A stretch of DNA of 59,395 nucleotides, counting the filler, from Platydemus manokwari (taxonomy: Eukaryota): assembly GCA_037951405.1 (NCBI GenBank). It is 4 parts of 4 records of this genome, joined end to end, with 100 filler letters (N's around TTAATTAATTAA, not from the genome) between each part and the next. Parts side by side here need not be neighbours in the genome. Positions count along the whole stretch, not along the records: positions 48,842 to 59,395 come from JBBMOY011124663.1; 3 more parts are not named here. One strand, written 5' to 3'. Below the pieces are notes generated by a model, which worked only from the letters and a program-made list of their open reading frames with translations, ran no database searches and was not told where the DNA came from. A program made the translations under genes and the position numbers. Below are positions 54,696-59,395 of the stretch, piece by piece (the stretch's first letter is position 1; each line of letters opens with the position of its first letter).

Positions 54696-55859
54696 TCAAC
54701 CACATTTAATAGTCGAATTAAAAGATATTTTACTGCACCAATTCAAATCTGCACTTTTATCCTTTTTTACTTTCATTTTGGTCGCGCAAAATCCAAATTT
54801 TTTCATCAAATATTTTTGATTAGGAGCAATATGATGCCAGTAAGAACCCGCAAATACGATTCCCCAACTTCCGCTTTCCAATTTCTCCAATAATCGTTTA
54901 TCCCTTGTTTTAATATTTGCAATTTTTTGCTGATAAAGCACAACCAAATTGTCTCGATGTAAATTTGATATATAATCATCGATGTAAATGTGACAATCAC
55001 TCATGTTTGTACAAGTATCATGAGTCAACCACTTAGCCATATTACCATACAGATTTTTGTTGATATCTTTATTATTTCCATGAAAAATATTCTTTATGAA
55101 TTGCCCTACATAAAATGCCAAAGCTCTTCCTCTTTTATGTGTTCCACTCATTATTATTGAAAACTTGTCATTTGTATTCAATATTGATTGACTATTTCCA
55201 ACATTTATGGAGGAAAATACAGAAGGGCTCCCAGCAACATTGAATTTCTTCACATTTCTTAAAATATTGAAACGATTCGATGACTGTAAGATCATCAGCT
55301 ATAAATAAATACCAGTAGTAATGATAATTATAATAATTATTATAACATAATTAATAAAATAGAGATTGTGGATGTATGAAAACTCCAGAACATATTAATA
55401 ATTCGACTTGTAAAACCTTATTATATTTCAATGACATTCAAACGAGAACAAAAATATAAAGACATTATTTCTTCTATTAAAATATGCGTTGGTTTAAAAT
55501 AAATTACAATATTATTACAATGTTTAACTACATGTTTTATAATATATTATTAAATTATATGGTTTTACCTTGTTCCATTCTTTATCAATGACATAGATAT
55601 GTAATATTTTCGGTTCCAGTATCTCATCACAATGATCAAATTGCCCGTATATCAAACATTGATTGTCGATATGCACAAATCCGAAGCATTGCTGTGTCAG
55701 ACACATCACAGCACAGTTAAGAATATCTACATCAGTAATATTTTCAGTAGAATTACCAACCCAGGTTAACCTTTTCAAAAATATATTTGATTCAGAACTG
55801 ACTGAACGAAACATTAAGACATTTGCCAGAGCATATAAAATGATATTTATCATCATCAT
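54696..55859 (-). CDS. Secreted 297-aa protein: signal peptide + PAN/apple domain + alpha/beta domain (possibly TCAF/FAM115 N-terminal-like)
   Basis: Exon 55859-55569 (hydrophobic N-terminus; CAVMCLTQQCFGFVHIDNQCLIY PAN pattern) joins exon 55298-54696 through a 270-bp phase-0 GT-AG intron. Confidence 0.78.
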
Positions 55860-58519
55860 TGAATGTGCTAAAATCAATGAAATGTTGAAAGATAAAAACT
55901 AAACTATATTTCTTACATGTATTGAACAATAGAAAAATAAGCCAGATATAAAACAGTTTATGCTAGATATTCGCTCACATCATGAATTAGTTTAAATTTG
56001 TTTGTATATTGTCATGGAAACTACATTGTCATTGTTTTTTGGGGAGAAAGTTAAACCGGCAGAACTCGTAAACATGAATGAATGTATTATTTGTATATAC
56101 TTCCAAGGTAAGGGAATTCCAGAACTATTAACATGACGATATGACATTATCTTGTATTCATTGACAATAGCTGGTGATGTTGGCAACAGCACAACATTTA
56201 GACAATATTATGACGAATAATCCACCAGGAACATCGATTTGTACTTAATAAAGTGTTGTTAAGTCATTCACTGATTTGAATAGCTTAGCAACAGCTATTT
56301 CTATGCTGATTTACAAATAATATTTCCACTAAAATAAATGATCCAGATGCTTATTTTCTGAAATATAAATGAAAATAAACGAATGAAATGAGGTTGTTTT
56401 GATAGTCATGTATTTTCTAAAATTACAAACGCAATATAATTCCTCTTATCAAGTGAAATATTTGTTTTATTCATATCAAATGCTATAAAACTTTCTTTAA
56501 TTATTTTTGAACGTTTCAATGATATTTTTAAAGTCCTTTGCAATATTAGCACTATTAATATTTGGCCATTTTCTAATCTTGTCGACTGTCTTAACTTATA
56601 CGAATTTGGTAATAATGATGGTATTTATTAATTTATTAAATATATTTTATGTTGTGAGACTAGATTTGTGCTAAGAAGATTCCACCAATTTGTAGTTCGT
56701 CACACTGTGGTAGTTATTATACTATATATATAAAGAGCCAACCAAATAAACATCATTAATAAAAAATATAATGAAAATTAACTGATTTAAAACATGAAAA
56801 GAGTTTGAGTTGAAATTGTCATTTATATTGTCATAATATTAAGATTATATCAAAACAAAGGAACCAACAGGTGAAGTTGGTGAGTAAATAGACTTTAGCC
56901 TGACTGGAATATAGTTAATGGTGAAAGGGTTTCGAATGATTGCAGAATAAAAAACATCAATTCGTGGAATCGGTGATTAACCAGTACGAGGTGATGGTTA
57001 ATTAGTTTACTGCACAGTGCTGCAGTTTAAAAGTGAAGGCATTCATTAACTGACTGCCATTATTTCAGCCAATAATTCAGACAAACAAAAATTGGATTAG
57101 CAGTAATAGTTAGAAAACCGAAATGAAATCACGATTTTCGATCGAAAAAATTTTAGTTGGAAGAATATTTAAATAGGAAAATTTCACGAAGGAAGATTTT
57201 ATCAGGAAAACCATATGAAAATGAAGACAGGTTAATTTATGATAGTTTAATATTTCTTTTCAGTAAAATATTCGAGGAAATTGTTTCCTGAATATATGGG
57301 TAAGTAAGATCTTTAATTGTAGGATTTTTAAGGACGTCTCACCAGAATGTCGGTATAACAATATAGCTAGAGTAGTGCGTCTGTAACTGTTTCTGCAGTA
57401 TAAGCCGGGAGCAGCTCTTGGCCTGTAGATCAACTTTATGAGAGGGCTGGCTCCGTGATTTATTATAAACTTGAATATAAGGGTTGGACCTTTGATTGCG
57501 ATTTTATTTGTGATTTAATTAACAGTTGTGAAGTTGTTTGAAAACAGATCTTAGTGTTCATTAGTATCATTTTGAAGTCAGATCGATACTATCTAGAGAG
57601 TACTTGTTGCTCTCTACATACGGGCGAATTTAGTATTCTTTTTTAAGTATTGGTTTAGCAGAGTCACAATTTTAATAATAAACAATAAAATTCTAATTAG
57701 TAGCTTCAGATTGTTATTTATTGAAACATTAAACACTCTAAATTCAATTTTAATTTTTTTAATAAATTTTGAAGTAATTTGAGAAAAATACATGTGGATT
57801 ATATCTTGACATTCTACTTTGATATTGCGTAAACTAAATGAATGGAGATAGAACTCATAAAACTAAAGTGCTTAATTTATAATGAGTTACAGGATTTCTA
57901 ATTTTATAATTTTAAAATCTTAAACCGGATTCTAAAGTGATGAATATTAAATTAACTTTTAAAATTAGCTAGTATTTTAAATTATTTTTATTAATAATTT
58001 ATTAACCTCAATAAATTATTTGGTAATCTTAAGGAAATTTTTTTCACCTTGACGTTATTGATAATTGTTTTTCTTTTTCTAAAGTCATTTTGACGATTAA
58101 AAAATATTCATATATTCAAAACATCTTTTAATCCTCATTTGCATGTCAATTACTCCCAGCGACATATGAAGAAACAATAAATATAGTAAAATATGATGCT
58201 TGTATAAATGTTGTAAAATATTCTCAGTTTTCAGTTTTATAATTGCCATAAATGGCTTTGACAATAAATGAATAAATAAATTATAAAAATTATACCCTTG
58301 GAAAATAAATTAAATAAGGTCGGTTAAGAATAACAATATTCTAAAATTTTATCAAATTTTCTTCTCTGTTATCAACACCAGTTGTTCAAAAACAGGATAA
58401 AAACAATCATCATTAGAAGAAGAAAATGAAAATAAACAAGATTAAAAAAATATATTAAATATATTAAAAAAGCTATTGAATCTAGATATTGAATCTAGTC
58501 ACATGCTGTCAACAAATGT

Positions 58520-58700
58520 CGAATGTTTATTCGGTAAGAAAGGCTAAGGAAAAGATCATTGTAATCGATGAAAAATGGGTTTACTTTCGAGACTCATTTA
58601 CAAAAAAATGCAACCCAATTTGAGTGGATGGCACAGGTGATAGCCCAACTATTGTCAGACGGACAATATCTGATCGCAAAGGTCTAATTATTGTTGCCAG
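58520..58700 (+). mobile_element. mariner transposase fragment
   Basis: IDEKWVYF at ~58564-58587 matches the mariner TxDEKWVxY first catalytic Asp motif. Confidence 0.6.
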
Positions 58701-59395
58701 TAGCTGTGCAAAATCTTTAAATTCTTCACGATGGTGGATCCATAAACACTGAGATAAACCTACAACATCACAAACCTAGCGGAGAAGCGTGTTTTCTAAA
58801 TTTTACACGTCACCTCCAGTGTGTCATTGAATTCGGAGACTATAATTTCGCTAAATTAGAACTAGTATTAGTGTTTACATTTGTAATATTATTTGATAAT
58901 ATCTGATTATTAAATTGCAGACATGTTAAAGATTCAATCTAACCTTCAGACACAAATAAGATCACATCCTTTACATTTATATAAATTTACACACGTGAAG
59001 CATTAGTAATTGAATACGGTTGTATATACATAGAAGAAATGATAATAAATGGTTATAAACCATATTATTATATCATACTATTTCTCTACTTTTATCCCAA
59101 TTACAAGAAAATAAAACAAGTACTAAACTTCTTAAACATTCTGCATCCATATTAGAAATTTTTATGAGTCATTGTTAATTTTAAATATATAGTTTGAAAA
59201 AATTGGTTTAACTTTATCGATAATTAAATATTTTTTTAAACTTTGTTCGAACTGACTTCATAACTTTTTTATTGTTTCATTTTTATATTTATTTTTCTTC
59301 CAAGGTACTTCTTACATCATAAATATTAAACAAATCTTAGAAAATTAGATCTTCATCTTTATAAAAAGCTATATATTTATATTTTGTTTTTCATT

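Noticed and set aside
1-59395. tRNA, rRNA, prokaryotic operon or defence system
   Set aside because: None recognised; the identifiable multi-exon genes carry spliceosomal introns and belong to eukaryotic families

Overview
AT-rich eukaryotic, most likely invertebrate animal, genomic DNA. It is not one contiguous locus: four contigs (1-13616, 13717-36786, 36887-48741, 48842-59395) are joined by artificial 100-bp spacers (44 N + TTAATTAATTAA + 44 N). Genes are split by GT-AG introns, mostly 42-57 bp, so the ORF track fragments them. Manually spliced genes: an unassigned multi-exon protein (+, 4802-5974), the 3' end of CLASP (-, 12117-13170), a 983-aa intronless low-complexity orphan (+), a single-pass protein with a KCNE/MinK-like transmembrane signature (-, 28404-29024), an ankyrin-repeat gene with about one repeat per exon (-, 36902-37958), a complete folate-receptor-family gene (+, 43903-47770), and a secreted PAN/apple-domain protein fused to a possible TCAF/FAM115 N-terminal-like domain (-, 54696-55859). 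The rest is decayed Ty3/gypsy, Tc1/mariner, hAT and possible P/THAP elements, several MITEs (including a three-copy GG-terminal family with 7-8 bp TSDs, one copy nested in an older repeat), dispersed repeats and ATT/CA microsatellites. I found no multi-gene system that I can support. The best novelty leads are the KCNE-like protein, the PAN fusion protein, the divergent folate-receptor pocket and the MITE family. All family assignments come from motif recognition, not database searches.
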